A stretch of 64,000 nucleotides of DNA, from the NCBI GenBank assembly GCA_951406725.2, contig OX597823.1:10044001-10108000 (forward strand), given 5' to 3'. Numbering within the stretch: position 1 is the first letter of the stretch; every line of letters begins with the position of its first letter. Shown here piece by piece: positions 38,715 to 54,254 of the stretch. The stretch is from Octopus vulgaris (Eukaryota). The notes under the pieces are model-generated. The model was not told where the DNA came from. It worked only from the letters and a program-made list of their open reading frames with translations, and did no database searches. Made by a program: the position numbers and the translations under genes.

Positions 38715-40781
38715 TACTGGCCAAAAAAATTTTGTTACATAGATACCAACCATTGAAACTACCTAATTTGAGTATACTGAATTCAAACGTGGAGTTAGTT
38801 CTCTTTTTTCTTTTTTTTTTTTTTTTGCAAGCTCTAGATGTTTTGCAACTGAGTTATTTATATATTTTCCGAAATTCTAATATTTCACGAGATTTGAAGT
38901 AATCCCTGTAATAATTATCTTGATATCCTATCTTCAAATTAGGTGTAAAAAACAAATAACTATGCATTGAGATTCTAACTTTATTTAAACAAGCGAGTTA
39001 GTACATCACAATAAGAATTAGACGATAAAGATATTTTTCATTCCGATGTTGTGTAAAATAAATGTTATCATGTGCCAGTTTTTTCGCCATCTGTTTCTCA
39101 GTTGAAAATATATATTTATAAAAATGATAGGTGTACATAGTTGAGAAACTGATTAGGATTGAATATAAGATACAAATAGATCTTCTTCAGGTAAGAATTT
39201 GCGCTTGGAGATCTTGCATTTGTAGACTTTCTTAAAGAAATCCCAAAGTAGTTTACCATCATGTTTTTGTCCCATCCTCCTTGATAGCGCTCTTCCATGG
39301 CCCTGTGGTCTTGATAGAAGCACTCTCCTTTTTCATCACTTACATTTCCAAGGTCTTCGGGGAATTGATCGAGGCGACTATGCAGGAAAGGAAGTTTAAC
39401 TCTCATGTTACACTCAAGGTTATGGAAAGCGGACAGCATATTATTTACAAGAACTTCATTGTCATCTGTTTTTTGATTTCCAAGAAATTTTTTATGGCTG
39501 CTAGGAATGACAGCCATGCTGCTCTTTCTTTGTCATTCATCTTGCCGATAAATTCTTTATCACGTAGAAGGGCACGAATCTGGGATCTGTTAAACACACC
39601 TGCCTCGATCTTCTCGAATGACAAACCAGGAAATGCAGAGACTACATTTTGAAAATATTCACCATCAGTATTCACTATCTTATTCAATTGCTTCTCAAGC
39701 GCAAGTTTATCTGGAGTGGTGGGAAAATAATCATTTCTCGGCTTACAATTCGATCGTTTACCATATTTGGCATGCCTGCTTCCAGAGTCTCACGAATGGG
39801 CCACTTCTGAATCCAGTGTTTCTCTCGAGCTCGGTTGTCCCATGGGCAGAGATAGCAAGGATACTTTGCGATCACGTATGTTAACCGATGAGGAAATTTA
39901 CCATTTTCAAACCTACACATATGATTCAGTTGGTCAACAAACGTGTTATGCCATTGTCTTCTTCTAGAAATGCACTGACTGACCAACTGGGACTTCTACA
40001 TAAACATTACCATTGTGTAGGCTAAATTTTCTGTTGCATAAGTAAGGTCTTGGAAATTTGAAATAATTTCTTGGTCTTCGGTATCATCCTCGTACTCTTG
40101 TTATCTAGCTTCGTCTTCGGAAAATTTAAACCCAAGGAAAACTGGAATCGAGTGTGTCTCAGAGTGCATAATAGGACTAATTGCTGGAGGAATATTGAGA
40201 ATATTGGGATAAGAGATTTTACGCCTATTTTTCTTGCTGATGCCTTTTGTGTTGACCATACAAAAATAACAGCCACATGTATGGGCCCTGTGCTCTCGCC
40301 AAACTATAGGAACTCTACACGGCTGGGCCTTTTGTTTTCCTTTTGTCCATCATGAAGCATTTGCTCACTGTTATGACACACATCATGTGAGGCCCATTTT
40401 TGACTTGATCGCAAAGGAGAATTTCATGATGGTTTTTATAAGCTCGTCTCACAAGCAATACGATATTGCGCCTGTAACGCAAGAGCCACAGTTGTAGCAG
40501 AAGGCATCAGGATACTTCACACATCTATGTCTACTTGAAGAAGCCATGACCAGACCTGAAAAACCACAATTGTCATTTCTTTGTAAAAAGGATATATGTA
40601 TCTCAGTATGTCAAATTTAACTATGAATATATAAGAATTTAATCTTCAGATTGCAAGGAAACTAGCGCATGGAGAGCAACATCGATTACAGATTTGAAAA
40701 TAGCACAAAAAAAGGCAGTTATAATCGGTAAAAAATGCATCTCATGCAACAGAATTTTTTTTTTTTAATTGTTGTTCAGTG
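38715..40781 (-). mobile_element. Chapaev3-type (CMC superfamily) DNA transposon, full length, decayed transposase
   Basis: KYPCYLCPWDNRAREKHW, FPPLQINL, FPGLSFEKIEAGVF..SQIR, AWLSF...KNF, NMRVKLPFLHSRLDQFPEDLGNVSDEKGECFYQD..MEERYQG; N-terminal PDAFCYNCG; terminus CACTGAACAACAATT at 40781 and a similar TACTGGCCAAAAAAATT at 38715. Confidence 0.85.
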
Positions 40782-42769
40782 TAATCAACAAATGTTCAGA
40801 ATCCCAGACTCGCTTTAAAAAACCGAGCTTGATTAAACATGCTACCTATTTGTTATACTCTTTGCTGCACGCTAAAACGTAGATCATAACTCTATGCAAA
40901 AAGTTGTGGTAATTGATATTGCGATGTTTATGTATGTCTAACCATTGTATAAAGAAATTTTCAGTAGATATTTCAAGTATTTTTTTATGATTAACAAGAT
41001 AATGTATATAGGGATTTTAAACAAGATATTGAAGAGCCTCGGTATGTTTATATAAATAAATATATAAAGAACAAACAGTTTTATATTGATATTTCAGTGT
41101 TTATGTGTGTTTGAATAAGAACTATATATAGAATGCATTAACTAGGTATTGAAATATGTTTGTGTTTGTTTTGAGAACCACTGAACATGAAAGAATTAAC
41201 TATGGGTTGCAATAATTGTATATGTTTCAGTAGCTAGTCAATTGAAAAACGTTTTAAGAAGATATGTTAATGTTTGTATTTGTTTGACTAACCATTATAT
41301 AGAGGAAGTTTTCGGATGTTAATACTAAATATACGAAACATCGATATGCTTCAGTGAATGTATCTTTCCATGTTTAATCTGTGCTTATTACAGGCCTTTG
41401 AAGTAACGTTTGCTACGTCCTCTGCATTTCTTTCTTCTGCGATATCTTGTCTTCATTGTTAGCTGAACTACAAATATTAAAACTACTATATTGCGTTAGT
41501 ATCTGAATGGAGTGATTACTAGTTTCTGCATGGTCTCAAAATACATACACCTACATAAACTGCAGAATGATAATCGGACAAGTAAATTATCAGAAACCAC
41601 TAGAAATGATCAGAGACTAGGGTACAGAATCGGATGTCATCAACCATCATTTTCTCTTCGATAAGCACGGAAACATATAAAATTACGTTTAATAGTTAAG
41701 TACATTCATTGTTGAAATTTTTTCCTCGAATTTCTTTTCACCTTCATGTGGAGTCTTCTGGACAGATGTTTTTAGCTTATATTTTTCACGTTAACATTTT
41801 GATAAAGACGACTGTAATACTCAAATTTCTAGTTTTTAAATATTTATGATCTATAAATTTTCAGATTGTTGGGTATTCCGCGTAAATCTGATTTATGGAT
41901 CCATTTACCGTATAGCAAAGATGTTTCATTGTTAATATGGATATCACATACGAGATTCAATATTTCACAACCTGCCATAGCTAATCGCTGATAACTTCTC
42001 ATCCAATTTACATTTACGTCAACTGGAACATTAGCACTTTTTATTTATTTTTTAAGAAAGACTAACAGAGTCAAGTATTAGTGAATTTCGAAAGAGAAGT
42101 GGCGAACAATTTCAAATTTTTAATTGAAAATTTTCAATTTTTCCTTTTCAAAGATGGCTGATGTCACGATAATAATTAAAATAATTCAGAAAATAAATAT
42201 CGATTTCTTGTGATGTAAGACCAGTGATTTTTGCAGCTGGCGAGGGAATAGCAAATGGGTGAAGACCAGAGTATTGATGCACCACACTTCACCTGCCCGG
42301 CAAAGAGTAAAATGCAAATTGGACACATGGGCTTCCATTATATTGTTGTCACGTAGGGAGTGAAGTGATTACAGCAAAACAAACAACATGGTGTCTTAAT
42401 CTGCCCACCACTCCAGTTATCGTTCCAGTAACCCAAGAGTAAATATTAATTAAACTTTTGTAAAACCCTTTGTAGCAGGAACAGTCAAAAGTTAACTACA
42501 TCAAGTATTTTCGTTTCATTTCAGATCATCAAATTGTAATTTATATCATTATCCAACATGAACCCCAGAATCGATGCTGTTGTCCTTTTCGTTGTTAGCA
42601 TCACCATCACCATCGTTGACGTCATCGTCATCGTCGTCGTCGTCGTCGTCGCCGTCATCATCATCATCATCATCATCATCATATCGCTATCAGTGTCGGT
42701 GTCATCGTGGATCTTGTCATACTTATCATTGCCATCACCAACTATCAAAATGTTTACACTCAGCAAATA

Positions 42770-43202
42770 CTCTTTTTACTTTCTCTTTTACTCTCTCTCT
42801 TTTACTCTTTTACTTGTTTCAGTCATTTGACTGCAGCCATGCGGCGGCACCGCCTTTAGTCGAGCAAATCGACCCTGGGACTTATTCTTTGGAAGACTAG
42901 TACTTATTCCATCGGTCTCTTTTGCCGAACCGCTAAGTTACGGGAACGCAAACACACCAGCATCGGTTGTCAAGCGACGTTGGGGGGACACAGACACAAA
43001 CACATATACACATATACATATACATACATATATACATACGACATACCTCTTTCAGTCTCCGTCTATCAAATCCATTCACAAGGCCCTGGTCGGCCCGAGG
43101 CCATAGCAGAAGACACTTGCCCAAGGTGTCACGCAGTGGGACCGAACCTGCAACGATGTGGTTTGTAAGCAATCCACCCACCACACAGCCACTCCTACGC
43201 CA
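42770..43202 (-). mobile_element. SINE family A
   Basis: Full-length reverse-complement copy. Confidence 0.9.
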
Positions 43203-43277
43203 AAGATAAATAGATAGCTAGACAGATAGAGTTGGAGGAAAACAAAGAGTGATAGGGAGAGATGAGGATATATATAT

Positions 43278-43313
<36 letters not shown>

Positions 43314-43550
43314 AGAGAGAGAGAAACTAGAAGAACGCTACAATTTCTTGCATTTCCATCCAAGTCTAATTCAAATCTTCAAATCGTAGCTTGAAACATA
43401 TGAAACATTCGATTATATAGCTCTAGATTCACATTGTATTAATTGCACCTCAAATTGTCACACATGGAATACAATAGGCCAGTGATATGTTCTATCAAGT
43501 ATCACAAAGCGTGGAAGGAATCCAATAATTTCATCTGTAAGGTCTAAGCT

Positions 43551-44081
<531 letters not shown>

Positions 44082-44412
44082 CAGATCACTTTGACTGGAT
44101 ATTGATAATAATGAGTCGGTGACAATTGTTAAATTTGTTAGGGGTTAAAAACATCAAATTACATAGATGTCTATAATTCTGTAAAATTTCTTTCCTAACA
44201 GCCATTTCTCGTGTAGTATTTTGTTTTATTTGCTATTTTCTTTTCTTACTTTCATATTGTTACTTATTCGGAGCCTGGATTCCTAAATTATTCCCAATTA
44301 GATAGGTACCTGTGATTTACAACAGATTCAACTAAGCATCAGTATGTATGTATGTATGTATGTATGTATGTATGTATGTATGTATGTATGTATTTATGTA
44401 TGTACATATACT

Positions 44413-44497
<85 letters not shown>

Positions 44498-44750
44498 GAT
44501 GCTAAGACGTTTCTGTAACATATTATAGCCACCTTTTAATTTCTTTATATAAACGAATCTATTGCTGCCAACGCCTAATAATGTGCTGTCAGTTTTAATG
44601 AAGCAATTTTAAATTGCAAATCTTATTAATTAGGCTTAAATAAATCAAAACACGTATGCTTTTAAGTCAATATTTGGGATGAAACAAAGAAACATTCCTA
44701 GAGTCAGGATAAAGATTAACTGTAAGGTAATAATTTGGGTTATACTTTAT

Positions 44751-44893
<143 letters not shown>

Positions 44894-45372
44894 AGAGTAT
44901 TTGTGTATGGATATGCGTGTATATGTTCTTGTGCAAGTTTGTGTAAGTTTCTTAAATTCTGTAATTGAAGATGTGTTAATGTAAGCTACAATTCGTTTGA
45001 TAATTTCGCTACCTATTTAACTGAAAATCAATAGAAGGTATCAAAGAAATGCAAATGCGCAGACTTTAGTGCGACGTGCAAATACCTTATTATTAAGACT
45101 TGCTCACATCGCAGTTAATATGAAAGAGCGCGTTGTTGTGTGAACGTCAAACTGGAAAACCAAAAAATTAAAGGAAGATTAAACAACCCACATAATCCTA
45201 GAGAAAGGATGGAGACTTAAAAAAAAACATCATACCGCTGAATCAGTATATTTAGAACATCAAGTGTCTAGATATTAAAAGTTTTAAGATGAAATGGTCC
45301 TTAACTTTGACCGCAGAATCATTCCTCAATGGACTTAAATGACCTGGGCTATATAAAAATATACAGATTCAA

Positions 45373-45750
45373 CTCTTTTACTCTTTTACGCTTTTACTTC
45401 TTTCAGTCATTTGACTGCGGCCATGCTGGAGCACCGCCTTTAATCGAGCAACTCAACCCCGGGACTTATTCTTTGTAAGCCCAGTACTTATTCTATAGGT
45501 CTCTTTTGCCGAACCGCAAAGTGACGGAGACATAAACACACCAGCATCGATTGTCAAGCAATGCTAGGGGGACAAACACAGACACACAAACATATATATA
45601 TATGTATACATATATACGACGGGCTTCTTTCAGTTTCCGTCTATCAAATCCACTCACAAGGCTTTGGTCGGTCCGAAGCTATAGTAGAAGACACTTGCCC
45701 AAGGTGCCACGCAGTGGGACTGAACATGGACCCATGTGGTTGGTAAACAA
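45373..45750 (-). mobile_element. SINE family A (5' tip missing)
   Basis: Reverse-complement copy. Confidence 0.88.
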
Positions 45751-46234
45751 CTATTTAAATTCTTCAACTAGACCTCATTAAAAGAAATACATTTTACAAA
45801 TTATTTATTCTGTTAACTCGATAATTTTATAACTATTTTTAATACCCTATTTGCGGCATTGCGAGGCATATACAAGGCAGTTGTGCGTACAGATTATGTT
45901 TTATACATATTTTCATTTATTCATAAAAATAACCATTTTCCTGGTCATAGGAGCAGTGCAGCACGCCATTAATATCACCCCTCGACAGATGCATTCCCTA
46001 CATTTCTTGCGGGTAATCCCCTATAAAATTAAGGCTTTCCAATTCGTAGACCGTCCTTTTTACATTTCACCACTTCTTGCTTTTCCTCGTCTTGCATACT
46101 GCCGATTACTTATATTCGCACCCTAACTTGACCCAAATAAATCTCACGCGGCGGGTGTTTAATCCAATTCCTGACGCCCACGTTAGAAATTTGAATCATA
46201 CAGAATTTTAATACCGAATGTAATTTCACGTTAC

Positions 46235-46304
46235 CTCCATCAACAAAAGAAAGAAGAATATATATGAATATACACCCACCGAACACATCAGTAGCCGCTT
46301 CCAT
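46235..46304 (-). CDS. Candidate first coding exon encoding a signal peptide (MEAATDVFGGCIFIYILLSFVDG, phase-1 donor)
   Basis: AAGATGG start context, hydrophobic core, V-D-G small-residue -3/-1 pattern, GAG|GTAACG donor; unique sequence. Confidence 0.3.
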
Positions 46305-46578
46305 CTTAAAACATTTTGAAATATGTGGAGAGAGATGTGAAATTGGATACTTATAATTATGTATGTATATAACTATATACGCATCTATGTACAATTTTAC
46401 CATTACAAACGAACCGTACATTTAACAAAACACTTTCGGTTGAGTTGTAAGCTATGGTCTTGCAGATAGGACTTCCTATACGATATCATCCTTAAGATTG
46501 ATGTATGTCACATCACTCTCATTAAGCAGTATTTATCTGTCCACGGGTGGTGCATACAAATAATTTTAGGGGCACGTA

Positions 46579-46992
46579 GGCGCAGGAGTGGCTGTGTGGT
46601 AAGTAGCTTGTCTGCCAACCACATGGTTCCGGGTTCAGTCCCACTGCGTGGCATCTTGGGCAAGTGTCTTCTGCTATAGCCCCGGGCCGACCAATGCCTT
46701 GTGAGTGGATTTGGTAGACGGAAACTGAAAGAAGCCTGTCGTATATATGTATATATATATATATGTATGTATGTGTATATGTTTGTGTGTCTGTGTTTGC
46801 CCCCCTAGCATTGCTTGACAACCGATGCTGGTGTGTTTATGTCCCCGTCACTTAGCGGTTCGGCAAAAGAGACCGATAGAATATGTACTGGGCTTACAAA
46901 GAATAAGTCCTGGGGTTGATTTGCTCGATTAAAGGCAGTGCTCCAGCATGGCCGCTGTCAAATGACTGAAACCAGTAAAAGAGTAAAAGAGA
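46579..46992 (+). mobile_element. SINE family A, full length
   Basis: Consensus-like copy. Confidence 0.92.
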
Positions 46993-47650
46993 GAGAGGAG
47001 AGTATAGAGGTACGTACAAACCACCTCAGCAAATTAAAATAAACCATCCGAAGACGAATACGAAGAGAATTATACATATATGTACTACTGCATTGGACAG
47101 TAGAACAATACCAGAATATTCACACAACTGCACATGTATACTTGTATAACCTTTGAGAATGAAAAACTCGGTCGAGTACTGATATGGGAACCAATGAATT
47201 TATATACTTCAACTGCATTATCTAACAGATCTTTTATCAAAGATCTACCTTTAACGATTATCCGATAAATGTTACATATACAAGAAATTGCCAATATGGG
47301 AAAGAATGCGAAAAATCGATTCGTTAAGGCTGATATTTACCTCCAAGTGAATCTTCATCGGGTAAAGTGCACATCAAAGGTATTCCATTTGTGACTGATA
47401 CGGCTTTCTCTTACGAGTATATTGTCTAATGTAACGTTCTTTCCTTATTCAATAGTGTGGCAGGAAAATTTTGGCCGTTATTTGCGAACATCTCTATGTA
47501 TGTATGTATGTATGTATGTATGTATGTATGTATGTATGTATGTATGTATGTATGTATGTATGTATGTATGTATGCATGCATTGTGCATGGATGCATGCAT
47601 GTATGTAAGAATGCATGTCTGTCGGTCTATCCATCTGTCTATCTAACTAT

Positions 47651-47749
<99 letters not shown>

Positions 47750-48189
47750 ACTTATAAGTAAGGACTAAAGAAAATTATTTCAAAGCCAATATGCTGATAA
47801 CAGACTATTAAATTGTCAATTTCCACATATAATCTACTCGCTACAGCAAAAATCGAAGAACTGAAGTCGGGCAAGCTGACCTTTAGAATATTTAAAATTC
47901 GTTAACTCTATATTGAATCAATTTCGGAATTAATCTCATAAAAGATTTATTCGTCTACAGTAGACCTTACGAGAGAATATAAATAAGATACTTACATGCA
48001 CCCATGGAAAAAGCCGAAGCAAAAAACATGAGAACATTTAAGTACCCCAGTTATATCTAAAAATAAAAATTCTTTGGTCAGTCAGTACAACGTGTTGACT
48101 GTTCGCCACCATGTCAATGCGTAGCTCTGTGCAGTACCTTTGGTGGAAACTTTGTAAGAATCTATATTGTATGTATACATACATACATG

Positions 48190-48298
<109 letters not shown>

Positions 48299-48339
48299 AT
48301 ATATGCATGTATGTATGTATGTCTATGCATTTATAACTA

Positions 48340-48431
<92 letters not shown>

Positions 48432-48432
<1 letters not shown>

Positions 48433-48595
48433 TTATCATTTTCTCTGTTTTCTCTCCTTGTTTCTTTCTGTGGAAGGGTGCAGGCTCGAAACGTTAAAGA
48501 CTCTTTCACTTCCCGAGCGTTAAACTAATACATATGTTTGTTGTCTACTCCACCTGACTTCGTCCTTTGTTTTTTTTTTTGTGAAATCTCCCCCT
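48432..48595 (+). repeat. Short repeat P2 with HHR-like motif (48464-48499)
   Basis: CUUU CUGUGGA A GGGU GCAG GCUC GAAA CG UU AAAG; matches 22380-22540; lies between (TA)n and (CA)n. Confidence 0.6.
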
Positions 48596-48598
48596 ACA

Positions 48599-48654
<56 letters not shown>

Positions 48655-49313
48655 ATCAGGCTCACGTTCACCTGTAGGCTTGTAAAGTAAATGGTAGGAG
48701 ATAATTCCCATCCCCGCTATTTCTGAAATCCAAATTAGAGAGTTATGTGATTTTGTGTACAGTGTAGTTCCCATAATGAATGTTCCAAAACAACTTGAAA
48801 TTAATTATGGTGTCACTACACTGGGAATATTAGGCGCACATTCTAAAATTAAAGCTTGTTAACGTTAGTTGTGCATCGGTGTGATGAAGTTAACTTAGGA
48901 AATAATGTGCTTGCATAAACTTGTATTATACGTAAAATTAGATAATATACATTCCTGTGTATGTGTGATATATCTGAGTATATGTGTGTACATGTGTGCG
49001 TGTGAAGAGAGAGAAACATATATATATGTATATATATATATATATATATATGTATAATATATATATACATACGTATTACATAAAGAAAACATATTAAATT
49101 CAGCCTTAAGCACACCCAAATGTGACTGTGTGCATCAATGTTTTATATGAGTATATCTACGAATGATCATGTGTACGTATCATGTATGTCTTTGTTTGAT
49201 TTTACATATTCGTACAGAAATATTTCAAGCTAATAAATATACAACCGAGTAGCTTACTGTAATTGCCTTTACATGTGTGTATATGCGTGTATATAATACG
49301 TCCATATATGTAT

Positions 49314-49360
<47 letters not shown>

Positions 49361-49398
49361 ACATATGTGTGTGTGCATTTTTCTATATGTGCAATATG

Positions 49399-49540
<142 letters not shown>

Positions 49541-50402
49541 GCAGATATATATTTATCTATATATATATATATATATATATATATCTACGTATAGAGCTAT
49601 ATGTGTATGAATGTATATACACATGTATCTGACTCTCTGTGTGTTCTGAGTCTTATATGCACGTGTGAATGTGTGTGTGTATGTGTGTATGTGTATGTAG
49701 TTATGTATACGCATATGCGTAGATAGATGGTCCTTGCGCTTAAGTGCAAGCATGTGTACGAGTATGTGTAGCAGTATGTGTATGCGTAAGTCGTCCCTGG
49801 AGTGGAGCTTCTAAAATACTGAACTAGAATAAATATTAGTTTTGGTTTCCAACGTGTTTTTCTAATCCCAGGAACGATAATGACATGAAGTGAAGCAAAA
49901 AGAAAGGAATTACCAAAAGAACTGAATTACTTGACAAACAGTGTTTCTCTGGGAAAGGCTTCTAATTCTCATTTCAGGGCCGTTATTACGCATACGCCTT
50001 CACACATGTACACAGGCGCTCAAATACGCACCCTCCTTCAATTCGCACGCACACGCACATACACACACACACATACACACACACTCACGCACGCACGCAC
50101 GCAAACATACACGCACACACACACACAAGCGTATATAGATACATACGTGTATGTTATATATATATATGTGTGTGTGTGTATATATATATGTGTGTGTGTG
50201 TGTGTGTATATGTATATATGTATAGAAGGTGCATGTATATGTATATATAGTTGTATATATATATATATGTATATTTATATATGCAATATATACTTATGTT
50301 ATGTATGTACATATATATTTATAAAGTATATATATATATATATATATGTATGTATTTGTGTATACTTATGTATGTATATATATGCAGTGTATACTTATAT
50401 AT

Positions 50403-50456
<54 letters not shown>

Positions 50457-50632
50457 TGGATATACGATCAGAGTGTATGACAGAGAAAGTGTGAGTAAAA
50501 GAGGAAGGGAGAGAGAGTTACCCTGACATAGCAACACAGATGCTGAGGTTGTGTATTACTTATTCATAAGTCTGTATATACTTACATACGTAAATATTCA
50601 CACATGCGCGTGTATACACACACACGCACATG

Positions 50633-50680
<48 letters not shown>

Positions 50681-50897
50681 CTTATGCATATATATGTGTA
50701 CACATATGTAAATATGTGTGTATGTCGGTGCCTTGTAGAACGGATACGTATGTCTGTTTGTGTGTTGTCGTGTACTTTATAGTTTTTCTACCTAGAATTA
50801 TAGGATTCTCTTTACTCTGGTAACAAAAGTAGCGACTGTGTAACATTATGACTTTGAAATTGAGACATTTGAAAATAAACGAATAAATTAATTAATC

Positions 50898-51177
<280 letters not shown>

Positions 51178-51178
<1 letters not shown>

Positions 51179-51445
51179 ATGCCCTGATGCAATACCAGGT
51201 AGTGGCTCTCATGGCTGCTGATCTTAACTGATTGGAAGTGTTATCATGTACATTGTTTTGTCTTGGTATAAAAGATGGGCTACAGCAAATATTCTGCTCA
51301 ATACCACAGATTTGCTTGTCAGTTGCTTGATCCAAACCAGTTGAGCATGTCCCTTAGTGGCTGACGATATGTGGAGGAGAATCAGAGCCATGTATTGAGA
51401 GGGATTCTTGGGGGTTTGAGTAATTCACCTTTGGAAACAGGGGTG
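51178..51445 (-). mobile_element. Probable 3' part of another SINE/LINE-derived repeat ending in the (TTA)n tract
   Basis: Abuts the microsatellite like a retroposon tail; recalled as a common octopus repeat, but single-copy here and unverified. Confidence 0.4.
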
Positions 51446-51449
51446 GTTC

Positions 51450-52517
51450 GTTCCATCACCTCAAAATCTAATTGGTTAATGATTCCAACGATCTGGGCGG
51501 CTGTTTATGGGCATACATTGTCATGCAGCAACAAAACATTCTTCGACAATAGGCTCCGGTGTTTAGTGCGAATTGCTGGCTTCAGTTCGTTGGCCAGCAA
51601 AGCACTGAATCTTGCAGTGTTGGGCGTAAACCACTTTTCCAAAAAAATCGGATCACTGCTCTTTATTCTTCTTTGGTGCACTTTGCTAGTGGAGCGGCCA
51701 AGCTTACACTGTAGATCTCTTTTGTTATACGTTTAGTTTGGGTTTAAGCACGCATGTAGACGGAAGGCATTTTGATAATAAAAATAAAACAACACGCGTG
51801 GGTAAGTCTCTCTTTAGCTTGGAGTGCCGTTGTTTTAATAGTTATCGCCACCACTCTCTCCGGCAGTCTACATTTTTATAGAGAACTAAAGCTGTCGCCA
51901 GTCAGATTCGCTCCAAACTGGTCCATTCGCCTAAGCATGACAGCAAAGAAGAGCACGCATTCACTCTATGCGTCCATTACAAACTTCGAACAGGTGAGGT
52001 CAGCTGATCGTAAATCTCCTTTGACTTTTCCGAAGGCATGCAGATATTCATGAATGGTTGAATGACTAAATCTATTATCTGCTAGTTCCTCAACAAGATG
52101 GATGTATTCCACAAGTGTTTGCAGGACGTCCTCGTTGAGATCTACAGGTCTGAACAGACGGGCTCAGTAGGCGACACCTGCTCGGAATTTCTGGAACCAC
52201 CATTGATACTGATTTACGCTTATTGTTCAATCTACATATATTGCATTAATATTCCTCGCACTTTCCGTTAGATGTCTTGAATTTTTCTCATAAGCAAAAT
52301 ATGCCGAAAATGCTCCTTTATCCTCCATGTATAGCCTTCAAAAAATAACTGTTAAAATCAAACTGTTCCTATAGCTAGCTTGAGGCGATGGCCTCTTGGA
52401 GCTAATCAGCGACAGCTTTAGTCTTATGTTTATAGACTGCCACATTAGTATGGCGATAACTATTAATAATAATAAAAATGTTATGGTGGAAGTTTGGATA
52501 ATTTTTGACTTCCCTCG
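51450..52517 (-). mobile_element. Mariner transposase remnant with 5' TIR
   Basis: TA|CGAGGGAAGTCAAAAATTATCC terminus; minus-strand HFRHILL, WFQKFRAG and NVLLLHDN motifs. Confidence 0.8.
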
Positions 52518-53029
52518 TACATATATTTGTGTGTATTTGAGTATATGTTATGTCCATACAGTGTGAGAATTGGCTGCTTCAGGTCGGTGTGATTTATTTG
52601 CATACATATTACATAATAAGTTACCCAAATAATATAACAGATGACTGGAAGCTTTATGGAAGATGCTGCATAAATAGAATGAGTGTGATGTTCAGGTGTG
52701 TATCTGTATCCGTGTACGTCTGTCTGTCCGTATTTCTGTCTGTCAGTCTGTATATCTTTTCTCTTCTATTTTTAATTATTTGAAATTTTCCTGTGGGGAG
52801 GAAGCTGATTTACAACTAAGATACAGAATTCCATCTTTGGAATGTAGATGACAAAAACAAATTCCTAATTTGAACGTGAAATATTTTTACGTTTCCGTTT
52901 AAAGATTATATTTGTAATGTGCGAGTTAGCTGGTAGAATTCTTTTTTTCTGAATACTGCAACATATCCACACTGTCACTTATGTTCGTAGGCGTATATGC
53001 ACGGTTGTTAATCGGTTACTATTAGACAA

Positions 53030-53413
53030 TGTGGAGGCGCAATGGCCCAGTGGTTAGGGCAGCGGACTCGCGGTCGTGGGATTGCGGTTTCGATTCCTAG
53101 ACCGGGCATTGTGAGTGTTTATTGAGCGAAAACACCTAAAGCTTCACGAGGCTCCTGCAGGGGTGGTGGTGAACCATGCTGTACTCTTTCACCACAACTT
53201 TCTCTCACTCTTTCTTCCTGTTTCTGTTGTACCTGTATTTCAAAGGGCCAGCCTTGTCATACTCTGTGTCACGCTGAATCTCCTCGAGAACTACGTTAAG
53301 GGTACACGTGTCTGTGGAGTGCTCAGCCACTTGCACGTTAATTCCACGAGCAAGCTGTTCCGTTGATCGTATCAGCTGGGACCCTCATCGTCGTAACCGA
53401 CGGAGTGCTCCTC
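53030..53413 (+). mobile_element. SINE family C, tail type 1
   Basis: Matches 27726-28112; 13-bp TSD TACTATTAGACAA. Confidence 0.92.
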
Positions 53414-53426
53414 TACTATTAGACAA

Positions 53427-53655
53427 GGCGGCGAGCTGGCAGAAACGTTAGCACGCCGGGCGAAATCTTCGCAGTATTTCGTCTGCGTTACGTTGTGAGT
53501 TCGAATTCCGCCGAGGTCGATTTTGCCCTTCATCCTTTCGGGGTCGATGAATTAAGTACCAGTTACGCACTGGGGTCGATGTAATCGACTTATTACCTAT
53601 GTCTGTCCTTGTTTGTCCCCTCTGTGTTTAGCCCCTTGTGGGTAATAAAGAAATA
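53427..53655 (+). mobile_element. SINE family B, full length
   Basis: Consensus-like; followed by GGTTACTATTAGACAA. Confidence 0.92.
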
Positions 53656-54048
53656 GGTTACTATTAGACAAATGGGGCTATAAAAAAGTATTACAATGAG
53701 ATGGTTCTATGGATGGCTATCACTTGGAAATACGTATTGTGTGTCATCCGAACTGGAATACAGGGGTTGAAGAGAGGTGATGAGAACCAATTCATCTGGT
53801 TACTACAAAGGATTGGAATGGTCAGCAATTAGTTTGTTTAGATTAATAGATCTACTGTTAATGCACAAATCACTTGGCTATGCACTTTGTGTGGCATCTG
53901 AAGTGGAATACAGAGATTGAGAGAGGAAATGAGAGTCGGTTCTTTGGCTGGCTAAAAAAGACTAAAATGGTGAGCAAGTGACTAGAACAGAGGGTAGAAG
54001 ATATACTGTCAATGCAGAAGAAAAATATTGAAAAATATAAGCATTACT

Positions 54049-54219
54049 GGCGCAGGAGCGGCTGTGTGGTAAGTAGCTTGCTTACCAGCCATATGGTTCC
54101 GGGTTCAGTTCCACTGCGTGGCATCTTGGGCAAGTGTCTTCTACTATAGCCTCGGGCCAACCAAAGCCTTATGAGTGGATTTCGTAGACGGAAACTGAAA
54201 GAAGCCCGTCGTATATATG

Positions 54220-54254
<35 letters not shown>

